DNA of 64,000 bases, taken from Octopus sinensis (taxonomy: Eukaryota). Shown here piece after piece: positions 26,011-38,104 of the stretch (its first letter is position 1; each line of letters opens with the position of its first letter). A program made the translations under genes and the position numbers. The notes under the pieces were generated by a model, which worked only from the letters and a program-made list of their open reading frames with translations, made no database searches and was not told the DNA's origin. The stretch is from the NCBI RefSeq assembly GCF_006345805.1, contig NC_043009.1:52266001-52330000 (forward strand), in the 5' to 3' direction.

Positions 26011-27331
26011 TGCCGGTCAAGTAGTGTGGAGCGACTGACCTCCCTTGTTCGAAGGTTATATGGATACAGTTTGTGTATCAAATAGCTACTTAAGGCGATG
26101 GCCTCATGGAGCTAATAAGCGGACAGCTTTTTTCTTATTTTTATAAGAATGCCATATTAGTATGGCGATAACTTATATATTATATATAATTATATTGTTT
26201 TTGTGTGTGTGGTGTCGAGAGACTGTGTGAGAGAGAGAGAGAGAGATAAGCAGCTAGCAAACAGCAAACAGAATGAAGGTGGACGAGATGTAGGTAGAGA
26301 AATATTAGATTGGGGTTGTTGGCGCTTTTTTTTTCACATTAGTACTTAATTGGCTTGTTGTTAAATTCAGTCATTTTATTCCCCCCAAAGACCTCTATAA
26401 GAAAATGTATCCCAAAATGATATATTTTGTTTAGAGTACACCGTACTTCTTCATCGATGCATCTTCGTAATTTTTTATATCTCTAACCCCCACCACACAC
26501 TTCTATTTCTGAATACACCGGCCTGTCTAGTTGTATGTGGTATGTATGTATGTATGTATGTATGTATTTATGTATTTATGTATGTATGTATGTGTGTATG
26601 TATGTATGTATGTATATAAGTATGTATGTATGTGTGTATGTGTGCATGCATTTACAAATAAACATACAAATACACGTTTAAATATGTATACAGATCTATA
26701 TATATATATATATAACTATCTTGCTATAGAACCACGTTCTGTCTATTTTCTACTCTGTATTATTATTATTATACTAAATATATATTCAGTACTATATACC
26801 TCTCACTAGTACAGACACATGCAGGCACAAACATTCGCACTCTCTTCTCTTCCCAATCCTCCCATTCCTCGATCACATTCCCTCACGCACTTTCGATAAC
26901 TTATTCGAAGCTTGCTCTGTGTATACATATGTAAAAGCTTACATACATACCTATACGCACACACATACACGTACACATACATACATACATCGTTTTTCAT
27001 TCCTCATTGGTTTTTATCGAAGTATATAGTGTGTAACTCTCATGTTACAAGCTCTTCTATCTACATTTAGCAAAATATATTTATAGATCTTTGCATATAT
27101 TTACATAGTCAAAATAAGTGAAAATGTGTTGCTTATATAGGAATCAACAACAATTTAACACAAACATGTACAACAAACCAGGGATATATATTTTGGTGTG
27201 TGTCTACGTATGAAAATGCGGAGATGTACATAGATTGGTATAGACACAGATAAATATATATTTGATCGTGTGTGTGTTCGTTTGTATGTGTGCATGTGTG
27301 TGTATGTGTGTGTGCGTTTGGGTGCGTGTGA

Positions 27332-27364
<33 letters not shown>

Positions 27365-28324
27365 ACATAAATATGCATTATATATATGCTTATATATATA
27401 TATTATTTTACATACTAACACACACACGCATATATATATGTGTATGCATGTATATATGTATGTATGTATATATATATATATAGATATATATATATATAAA
27501 CCTATGTGTATGAACGAATATATTTGTGAATAAATGTTATACACCACCTACCAATGCTCTACACGTGAATATGCACTTATTTATCAATACTGTAATGCCT
27601 GAAACCATTATAGAATATTACCAGATGTTTTTTTTTAAACCAAGTAGAAATTAAGACCTCAGAAAATGTAAAATTTATATTCATAAACAGTCCTGAAATT
27701 TCAATAATGAAATAAAGAATAGGGAAAATTTCGCAGAATAACATTTACGATAAAATTTTCTGTTTCGAATCGCTTGTTGAATATGTTTGTAAGTACATAT
27801 ATACGTACACACACGCACACACGCGGACACATACACGCACAACACGCACACTAACATATATACATACATATATATATATATAATATATATTATATATAAT
27901 ATAATACATATATTTATATACATACATATATATATACATATATATACATATATGCATATATACATATATATATACATACATAAATACATATTTACACACA
28001 CAGACGCACATATATATATTTAAATATATATATATGTATATATACATATACATATATATATATATATGCACAAAAATGTATTCTGTATTTGAAATGCGTT
28101 GAGTTGTATATGTACATACAACACATACATTTGTGTGATTGTTTACTTAAAAAATAATTTGACGTATATATACATACATGTGTGTGTGTGTTTGTATGTG
28201 CGCGAGTGTGTGCGTGCGTGTGTGTGTATGCATATATATTTAAAATTAGTCTTCGTACATTTCAGATATATGTGCATAAAATTCATCTTTACTATATATA
28301 TATGTATACTCTGTATGTGTGTGT

Positions 28325-28371
<47 letters not shown>

Positions 28372-28983
28372 TGCTTTCTCTTTTATTTCATCAGGAGGTT
28401 TGAGTTTTGTTGTTTTTCTTTTTCCTATTTCGAAGCCGATATTTAGCAATATAGCTATTAGTTTTATGTTGTTTACAATAATGCATTTTATTTGCTTCTT
28501 TTTACTGCAGTTTCAAATTTCTTATCCGATTTCTGTGTTTTCTTTTTCTTATATTCTTTCTGTAAGAATATTTCCACTCAATGTATCAACAATTGAACGA
28601 TTACTATGTAAATAATTTCATTTATATACGCAAAGACACACCATGTTCTCGCCTCTGAGTGTGTGCATGTGTATGCGTGTGTGTGTGTGTTTTTCTGTGT
28701 GTGTACGTGCGTCAAAATGCACCACACACACACACATATATATTTATATAAATAGATAGATAGATAGATAGATATATAGATTGATAGATAGAAACTTTCC
28801 TACTCTGGACTCAGTTGATGTGGTGTGGTCAAGTTTTGCGAATGAATTTTGATAGAATGCCAAAGAACATTTTTTTCCATTGGTACTTTATAAAAACCGA
28901 ATTTAGCGACACTTTTAAACATAAGTAACGATTACGGGAATATCGTAGTGACCGAAATGGCCAATATACATACATACATACAC

Positions 28984-29017
<34 letters not shown>

Positions 29018-29105
29018 TGAGATATATATGCATGTCTATGTGTGTGTATGTACATTGTTTTATATAGCCACTACACACATTTTTTTCTCTCCTTGATTTT
29101 TTCTG

Positions 29106-29148
29106 TGTCCCTTTCTGAAGAAGAGCGTAGGCTCGAAACGTAGAAGAC
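29106..29148 (+). ncRNA. Minimal type I hammerhead motif in a Penelope pseudo-LTR-like fragment (fragment extends to ~29242)
   Basis: CUUU-CUGAAGA-A-GAGC-GUAG-GCUC-GAAA-CG-UA/GAAG; palindromic ACGU stem III. Confidence 0.75.
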
Positions 29149-29825
29149 TTTTTCTATTCCTGAGCGTTATACTAATACATCTGTTTGTTTTGTGCACCAC
29201 CTGTCTTCGTCTTTTGTTTTTTTCGTAAACTCTCCCTATATATATAGACAGAGAGAGACAGAGAGAGATGTATGTATGTATGTATGTTTTCATCTATTAC
29301 AAGGATTTTAATCCGCTTGGGGATATAGTGAGAATATTTGCCAAAGTGCCATGCATCTATACATTTTTATAAGCGATGTGTTTGTTGCTGTTGAAGCCAA
29401 CTCTTTATTTCAAATAATGTGCTTGTGCCAGACCTGTTCCCTCTTTGTCGCAACCATTTTCAACCCGACTGCTTAAAGAACACCTCGTTTCCGTAAGATT
29501 GTAGTGGTTCGGATCAATTAATCATAAGTTGAAGGTTTGTAAAATCGAACAGAATTGTGTGTGGTGGCACATTTTCAAGGGGACTGTGACTCATTTTCAG
29601 ATCCTAATTCTGCCTCTTCCTCCTTCTGTCTCTTCCAACCTTTTATTATTTTCACAATATGCTGCTCACAATTCACAGTACACCCACGGGTTTTGTACAT
29701 TTTAGGCTATTGCTTACATCTATCATCACTCTCTTAAAATGGTAGAGCTTGCCTTCTGCTGACTAGGCTGACATTTCTAATAGATCAAACAAAACCGTAG
29801 AAGGCATCTTCACTGGCTCTTGTTT

Positions 29826-29985
29826 GGCCGATAATTTAACGACATGTTAGCGGTATTTCGTCTGTCTTTAAGTTCTGAGTTCAAATTCCACCGATGTCGA
29901 CTTTGTCTTTCATCCCTTCGGGGTCGATAAATTAAGTCCCCCACTAAAATTCCGGGACCTGTGCTTCGCGTAGAAAAGAATAATT
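29826..29985 (+). mobile_element. SINE family A, degenerate
   Basis: GCGGTATTTCGTCTGTCTTTAAGTTCTGAGTTCAAATTCC...GGGGTCGATAAATTAAG...GTAGAAAAGAATA. Confidence 0.8.
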
Positions 29986-30096
29986 TACTTAGATGTTAGA
30001 GTAATATTAGTTGTTCATACAACTCATTGCCTGTAGATTATCTGATAATTATTCGCAGGACTTGCTACATCGGTATTCCGTATATATATTATTATA

Positions 30097-30139
<43 letters not shown>

Positions 30140-30449
30140 TACAAAAATTTTACATATATACATAGATGCAAACCTTCAATTATTATTATTATATATATAT
30201 ATATGTATGTATGTACACAACCCATACACACATTGAACTGCTAGATACATAGATAATAGATACAGATTAACATACGTACATACATATACCAAATGCTCCA
30301 CCATTTCGTTGTGTATTCTAACATTATAAGACTTATTCTATTCCTTTTCGATTATTTCATATTCCCCATTCCCGTCATCATATATTCTTCGCGCATTTTC
30401 ATTTTTCCAATCCCCTAAATATATTTATCATATTCTACATTATTATCAT

Positions 30450-30465
<16 letters not shown>

Positions 30466-30495
<30 letters not shown>

Positions 30496-30569
30496 TTCTC
30501 ATCATCATCATCATCCTCATCATCATCATCATCATCATCATCATATCATCATATCATCATCATCATCAT

Positions 30570-30601
<32 letters not shown>

Positions 30602-30615
30602 TATTATTATTATTA

Positions 30616-30648
<33 letters not shown>

Positions 30649-30770
30649 GTAGTAGTAGTAGTAGTAGTAGTAGTATTGTTGTTGCTGTTGATATTATTAC
30701 CATTATTAATCATCGTCGTCGTTGTCGTAATCGTCATCGTCGTCAGCACCATCATCATCATCATCATCAT
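30466..30770. repeat. Compound trinucleotide repeat (ATT/CAT/AGT/GTC)
   Basis: Direct reading. Confidence 0.95.
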
Positions 30771-30979
30771 CTTCCTGATTTGGGGCTATAACATCCCGTA
30801 AAGGTAAATGTACACATCCTGTTATGTCACATCATTACCTCCAGGTTGATTGAATTATTCATTGACGAAGCAGGCAAGATGGCCGCACGATACTATTAAT
30901 ATTTATGACTGTTGACGGCAATTACGATGTCGGCGTGTTGGGTGATATATCAATGACGATCATAACAGCTTCATAACGA

Positions 30980-30983
30980 TGCA

Positions 30984-31016
<33 letters not shown>

Positions 31017-31405
31017 AAGGATGACAAGGTGGAGGTATACGATGATGCTCATTTTAATATTATTGCGGAGAACGATTATAATGATAGTGACGACGTCCAT
31101 AACGAAGATGATGATGATGATTGATGATGATGATGACGAGGATGATGTTTTTGAAGATGAGGATGATGTCCTTGAAGATGCGTATGTGGATGAAGACGGG
31201 AAGTAGAAAAGGAAAACGACGGCGATGGCAAAGATGATGTTGACGAGAGACATGACAACAGTACGGTGATGACGACGGCGATGATGATAATGATGACGAT
31301 GATGACGACGACGATGATGATGATGATGATGATGACGATGATGATTATGATGATGGTGGTGGTGGTGGTGGAAGTGGTGGTGGAAGTGGTGGTGGTGATG
31401 GTGAA

Positions 31406-31436
<31 letters not shown>

Positions 31437-31533
31437 ATGATGATGGTGATGACTACGACGATGATGATTATGATGATGGTGATGACTACGACGATGATGA
31501 TAATGATGATGATGACTACGACGAGGACGACGT

Positions 31534-31585
<52 letters not shown>

Positions 31586-31599
31586 GGTGGTGGTGATGG

Positions 31600-31638
<39 letters not shown>

Positions 31639-31715
31639 CGATGACGATGATGATGTTGATGATGATGATGGTGGTGATGATGAGCACAAAAGGCAATGAT
31701 GATGTTGATGATGTG
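30980..31715. repeat. Long imperfect (GAT/GAC/GGT)n repeat
   Basis: Direct reading; source of the poly-M and poly-I ORFs. Confidence 0.9.
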
Positions 31716-32064
31716 GAAGTGTACGTAGAGCTTAACAGCGATATTAAGTTGTTTGAGATGATTACGACGGCTGTCTATTACTATTTAGCAATATTAAAAT
31801 TGTCAACACATTCCAAAGTTGAGCTGCTGCGTTTCTCGCCTCTGCACATGCATATAATCGTATTACAGTGTATATATATATGTTCACGCATTTGTAAACC
31901 ATAATCGAGACAAACAAGATATTTCTATAAGGACGCTCAATGCTGTGCTCGTATTACCAGCCGTATCTCAGGATTATATCAGTATGAAAATATAGAGCGT
32001 ATTGGATAATGCATTTCTGTATACCAATGAGGCACGTCGGTCACGGCTGGAATGTCTTTGGAAT

Positions 32065-32240
32065 GTATCGTTAGCACGTCTTACACAATTCCTATCGGTT
32101 TATCGTTCGGCTTTACGTTCTGAGTTCAAGTTTTGCCGAAGTCGACTTTGTCTTTCATTCTTCCGAGGTCGATAAAATATGAACCAGTTGAACTCTGGGA
32201 CCGATTTAATCGAATTAACGCCACCCACACCCCCAAACTT
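32065..32240 (+). mobile_element. SINE family A, degenerate
   Basis: CGTTAGCACG..CTTTACGTTCTGAGTTCAAG..GTCGACTTTGTCTTTCAT..GTCGATAAAAT. Confidence 0.75.
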
Positions 32241-32391
32241 AAAACATAAAATGAAGCTGAAAAGAACAAGACGGGACTCGTGGACGGCATAATATATATG
32301 TTTATTTGGTTTCATACAAATGTTTATTCGCTATTTTAGAGAAATTTTACTGAGTGGTTAAAACATTGTATTCAAAGCTATTTGAACTTAC

Positions 32392-32493
32392 CTGAAAAAA
32401 AAAAGGCTTGATTGCAAGGACGTTGGAAAAGAAAAGCAATGGTCCGAAAGGCACAGAAACTGTCAAAGAAGGTGCAGCGCAAAATTTGTTCAT
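32392..32493 (-). CDS. Candidate first coding exon (signal-peptide-like), unconfirmed
   Basis: ATG to CAG|GTAAGT encodes MNKFCAAPSLTVSVPFGPLLFFSNVLAIKPFFFQ; no downstream exon identified. Confidence 0.2.
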
Positions 32494-32880
32494 GCTCAAC
32501 AACGGCAGCGTATATAAGACGCTTTGAAAAACTGATATATAGCATTAGACAGTCGAAAACATACACTTCTACGGCATGATAATACCCCTGCCCAATCTGC
32601 CAATCTAAGCAAGCTCAAACTTGAGGAACTTGGGGGCTGGAAGTGCTTGCTCCATTTGATTACCAAATTTTACTCAGATTCAGGGAGTTTTTGGCCTCTA
32701 AACCAGACAAATGGTAAAAGTTTGGATTTGAGCTTCTGGTACAGCAATGGCAATAATCAGTGAATATTATGGGATATGTTTTGACAAATTAACGTTTTTA
32801 ATATGTAATTTGTTTGAACTATTAATAAAAGCGTGAAACACGAAAATTCATTTTTCTCAACATGGTTTATAGATATGCAT

Positions 32881-32921
<41 letters not shown>

Positions 32922-33802
32922 CTTTATTTTAAGCAGCAGAAAATTCAACAAAATCTGTTACTCTGAGTTTCTCGTTGCCATTCATCAGACAGTTTTTGCT
33001 AGAATATATATATATATATATACATATATATATACATATATATAGGTTTATAACGATATTAGATATCGATGTACGCACAAAATACTTATTTGGATATATT
33101 TAGATACAAAATACATGAAAATTGGTTTTGAAATTTAATTCTAAATTAGATATATATATATATATATACCCGAGGGATTTGTTAATTGGACACGAAAATA
33201 GGTTAATGGTAGAAAAAACAGAATTCCTAATCGATAAATATCAAGATTTAGGACTCTTTTAACATCAAAACCTTTCGAAGATGAAAGCTACAATTATTAA
33301 TAAATATTTATTCATAAATATAGATGATAAATAAATTTAATGTAGATATATAAACTAGAATATATCTCGGAGATGGATTCATAAATATGTATATTAAAAA
33401 TATATTAATGAAACAGACAACAGCATAATTAGAAACTTAATGAATTAATAAAGAAAGTAGTATGAAATAATTAGTCATCAAAGTATACTGAGAACCAATG
33501 AATGATTATTGTAGCCATTTTCAAAACCATAGAATAATTTCAGGTGAGGCTTAGAAAGAATGGCGGCAAAGAAATCTCCGGCAAAATGGCAAGTACTTCA
33601 TGATGGTTAAAAGAGTAAGATAGACAACATGCACACACACAAACACACACAGACACACACAGAGAAGCACACACACACAAACACACACTCACAAACACAC
33701 ACACACACACAAGCACACATACACACATATACAAATCCAGACACACATATGCATATACACATATGAATGTACAAGCATACACACAAACGTGGGTATATAT
33801 AT

Positions 33803-34095
33803 GTGTAGCTTAGTGGTCAGAATACTCGGCTTACGATCGTAACATCGTGAGTTCGATAACCAATGGCACCGATGGAAGAAACACTTTATTTCACGGTGTT
33901 CTAGTCCTCTCAGCTGGTAAAAATGAAGAGTACCTATATTTTCACGTTCTATGTCACGTTGAATCTCCCTGGGAACCACGTTAAGGGATACGCATGTCTT
34001 TGGAGCGCAAGGCCACTTGATTGCAAATTTCATTAGCAGGCTGTTTAATTGAGATCAACTGGAAACCGCGTTGTCGTAAGCGACGGCGCGCCAAA
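33803..34095 (+). mobile_element. tRNA-derived SINE, local family D (different head, family C tail)
   Basis: Head GTGTAGCTTAGTGGTCAGAATACTCGGC...GAGTTCGATAAC; tail GAATCTCCCTGGGAAC...GATCAACTGGAAACC shared with 1905-2070. Confidence 0.75.
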
Positions 34096-34706
34096 CTTAT
34101 AAATAAGTTTATAGTACATCCGTGTGTGCGTGCTTGTGCGAGTGTGTATGTGAACTGTGTGTGTTTGTGAATGTATAATTAAGTTTATTTATATTCTCCG
34201 TTATGGTCACGATATGTTACCAAACGATATCTTCCTTAGCTTCAGTCGTAACTAAACTAGCAAGTACATGCTTTACTGAAACATCGTCTTCATGTCATAC
34301 GAATACCAATACAAATATACATAATTTGGATTTCGGACGCGAAATCACCAATGACCAATATTAAATATGCTTATGCTTGTATCAGTTGCTTAGCGAATTA
34401 TTGGCGACACAGCCTCCATTCTTCACCCGTCCTTACACCGGTCTACATCCAATCATTCAACAAATAGATCGGTGAAAGATTATCGCTAAAAGATCCCAAA
34501 TAGCTGTGTGAGAAGTACATGAATATGTGGAAGCATCTGCATGCGTCCACACGTGATTAAATGATACAAGACTATAATTTTCATGAATGTACAAATATCC
34601 AGATTATATGTAAGTGAATGATTTTGTGTGTATATGTGTGTTTATGCACACACATATATACAATCATAAACGTACGTACAAACATATATATATGTATATA
34701 TATTAT

Positions 34707-34752
<46 letters not shown>

Positions 34753-35488
34753 TGCATATATATATGTAAATATATGTATCTATGTATGTATGTATGTATG
34801 TACGTATGTTTGCATACATTTTTATGTCTATATATATATATATATATATAGGATTGATAGCTAGGTATATATTATGGATACATGTGTGTCTCTCTGTGTG
34901 TGTGTGGTGTGTGTGTGTGTGTGGTGTGCTAATAGACACATTAACAAAGACACTCACTTATTTTATACACCGTTTTCTACCTTTTTCAAAACAAGGAAGC
35001 CATTTTGTTTTCGTTTCTTTCCTTTCCTTTAAATTTTGCAAATCCACCATATTTTTCTGTCACATTTAACAAATTATTGATTCATTCAAACTACACATGA
35101 TAAAATACGAAACCAAAGAAGTAGAAATCAATAGCTTTCCTGCATATATTGCACAAAGCACAGCAACATCCGCACACATGTGTACATGCACGCATACACA
35201 CATGCACACACATGCACACACACTCTCACATACACAAGCAGTAACGTACATATAGTCCCTTAAACTGAAATAGGAAATTTGTATTACACACAACATACAA
35301 ATATAGCAGAAATACTCACAATACCAAATATATGGCGAACACACACTTACATACACGCAAACACACACGCATCAAATAGTCATGACAATAAACACAATAA
35401 AAATACGAATCATAAATACATATACTTACTCATTCAATTAATACATTGCACAGATACATACAAGAAAAATCACATTTAAACAACGTAA

Positions 35489-35588
35489 NNNNNNNNNNNN
35501 NNNNNNNNNNNNNNNNNNNNNNNNNNNNNNNNNNNNNNNNNNNNNNNNNNNNNNNNNNNNNNNNNNNNNNNNNNNNNNNNNNNNNNNN
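35489..35588. other. Assembly gap (100 N)
   Basis: Run of N. Confidence 1.
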
Positions 35589-36308
35589 ATTAACTGAAAA
35601 TATATGAAATATCCACGTGACATTTGTTTTTATATGGTCCAGAACTATCGAAAGAAATGCTCTTATCACCAATATATAAATACACAACGCTTCGATATGT
35701 GATATGCGCTAATACCTGAAACTCTCGGCCCTTAAGTCACTCTATTGCTAGTGCTAAGTATCTATAAAAATACATATAGTCATGTTTTGAGTTTTTGCAT
35801 CACTATCCCGCAAACACACATTCGCACGCACACACACACGCACAGACACACACACATGTATATATACATATGAAAGATTGACAGACGCATACGTAAATAC
35901 ATTCATACGTACGTACGTACGTACATACATACATATATACATACATACAAACATACGTACATTAATATATATCATATGGACGCTTGGGTTTGTAACACAC
36001 TGCCTAAATACCAATCTTGAGAAATTAGGCTTCTCAAATCAGAAAGGAAAATGATGATTCGAAGACTACAGGTCCAACCATCACAGGAACTATAAAAATC
36101 TGTAAAAATTTCCAGAAGTTTGAAATTCAATTATATATGAGCATGTCTAGATATACAACTATAAGCAGGAGAAGAGATACATAAAACAAAACATACAAAT
36201 CTGCACGTATACAAACATTCATACACACATACATACATAATCCATACATACACACACACATATGTACATACATACATAAATTCATGCATACATACATGCA
36301 TACATACC

Positions 36309-36545
36309 CTGTTGTTGATGTTGAAATTTCATTAATGCTCATTGGATCTAGGTTAGAAACCTGTTATTTTTCAATTGGCAAGAAATCTTTAAATAAACTG
36401 AATAAAGACATACTTATATAAATACATACAAAAGAACCCTGTTGTCGATGTAGAAGTTCCAATGAGGGGCCCTTGGTTCTACGTTAGAAACCGCCTCTTT
36501 CTCTATTGGCAAGAAATCTTGATAGAAAACTGGATTACATACAAA
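36309..36545 (+). repeat. Two direct copies of a ~105-bp element end
   Basis: GTTGT(T/C)GATGT(T/A)GAA...GTTAGAAACC...ATTGGCAAGAAATCTT at 36309 and 36440. Confidence 0.75.
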
Positions 36546-36689
36546 CATTACATACATACATACATTACATACGTAATACATACATAATACATACATCCAT
36601 ACATGATTTTCTCTTTCATTTGTAACTATTGCAGTCATCAGAATGTTACCATGGCAAGGACATACCATGGTGAAATTTTGTCGAACGCA

Positions 36690-36790
36690 TTGGTCACAGC
36701 AGAAGACCCTTGGCAAAGATGACAGGCTGCGGTATTGAACATGGAATCATGTGGCTGGGAAAAATATTTCTTACCAGTCATTCTTGCACT
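36690..36790 (-). mobile_element. SINE family B, degenerate head
   Basis: AGAAGACCCTTGGCAAAG...ATTGAAC...ATCATGTGGCTGGGA..TTCTTACCA. Confidence 0.55.
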
Positions 36791-36865
36791 TTTATGTATA
36801 AGGACTTCTGTATATAACATTTGTACACACACACACATACACACACACGCACACACACACACACA

Positions 36866-36941
<76 letters not shown>

Positions 36942-37254
36942 TATAAATGTGTTTGTGTGTGGGCGCATGTAGCACGTATGTATGTTGGTGTACATGTGTG
37001 TATATTTGTTTTTTTCTTCTGTAAGCCGAATTATTATTCTGCCATTCTGACAGTATTTAGCAAATGAATAAATAAATCTACAATATCATAGTTTTCTCCC
37101 TTCTTTGATTCACACTCACTAATAGAGAGCAACACCAATCATACACTCACACACGTACACACACACACACACACATATACATACACGGTTTGATATAACA
37201 TATGCACGCATTCACTCTAACGTACATCACTAGCTTTTGTGTACACGTATGGGA

Positions 37255-37312
37255 TATGTGTGTGTGTATATATATATAAACAATATATAGATATATGTAT
37301 ATATATATATAC

Positions 37313-37356
<44 letters not shown>

Positions 37357-37492
37357 TATTAGATAGTGTGTGTATATATATATATATACACATATATCGA
37401 TAGATATGTATATATATATATATATATATAGGTATATGTAAATAATATATATATATATATTATATATATATATATATATTATATATATAATA

Positions 37493-37544
<52 letters not shown>

Positions 37545-37872
37545 TTGATTTATACATTATGCTTATAAGCATGTCTGTGAACAGGCATGTGAATATAAAT
37601 GTGTTGAATATCTCCAGTAACCAATGTAAACCTTCGTAAAATGTCATCCTGTTTCAGTTATCTTTTTAGTTTGCAACGAAAATCTGCCATTCACTTTAGA
37701 TAAGTTAATATTTTACGATTTTACCCTTAATAATTGATCAGATGTTTTAAGAATTGCTGTCAAACTGAGATGGATTCACCTGCAGTGTCGTCATTTCCTG
37801 TTCTACTAGTCGTCGTTATTATTATTATCATTATTATCATTATTATTATCATCATTATTATTATTATTATTA

Positions 37873-37909
<37 letters not shown>

Positions 37910-38035
37910 CATCATCATCATCATTATTATTATATTATCTATTATTATTATTATATTATTATTATTTTATTATTATTATTATATTATTATTTTATTATCG
38001 TTATATTATTATTATTATATCATCATCATCATCAG

Positions 38036-38092
<57 letters not shown>

Positions 38093-38104
38093 TATTATTA
38101 TTAT
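37255..38104. repeat. (TA)n block (~37255-37545) and (ATT/ATC)n block (~37816-38104)
   Basis: Direct reading. Confidence 0.9.

Larger units (their letters stand above)
24091..26174. mobile_element. Tandem array of ~358-bp hammerhead-containing units (retrozyme or PLE pseudo-LTR-like)
   Basis: Unit starts at 24091, 24449 and 24805 (third truncated at 24875). Inverted units end at ~25099, ~25458, ~25817 and ~26174. Copies are near-identical. Confidence 0.85.
23628..26619. repeat. ~3-kb fold-back: unique flank plus tandem units, then inverted units plus inverted flank
   Basis: 23628-24090 is mirrored at 26175-26619. Units run one way over 24091-24875 and the opposite way over 24876-26174. Confidence 0.95.

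Noticed and set aside
24091-26174. CRISPR-like or coding interpretation of the array (ORFs 24540-24839, 25386-25595)
   Set aside because: There are no unique spacers, the context is eukaryotic, and the ORFs depend on copy-specific indels and show no recognisable domain
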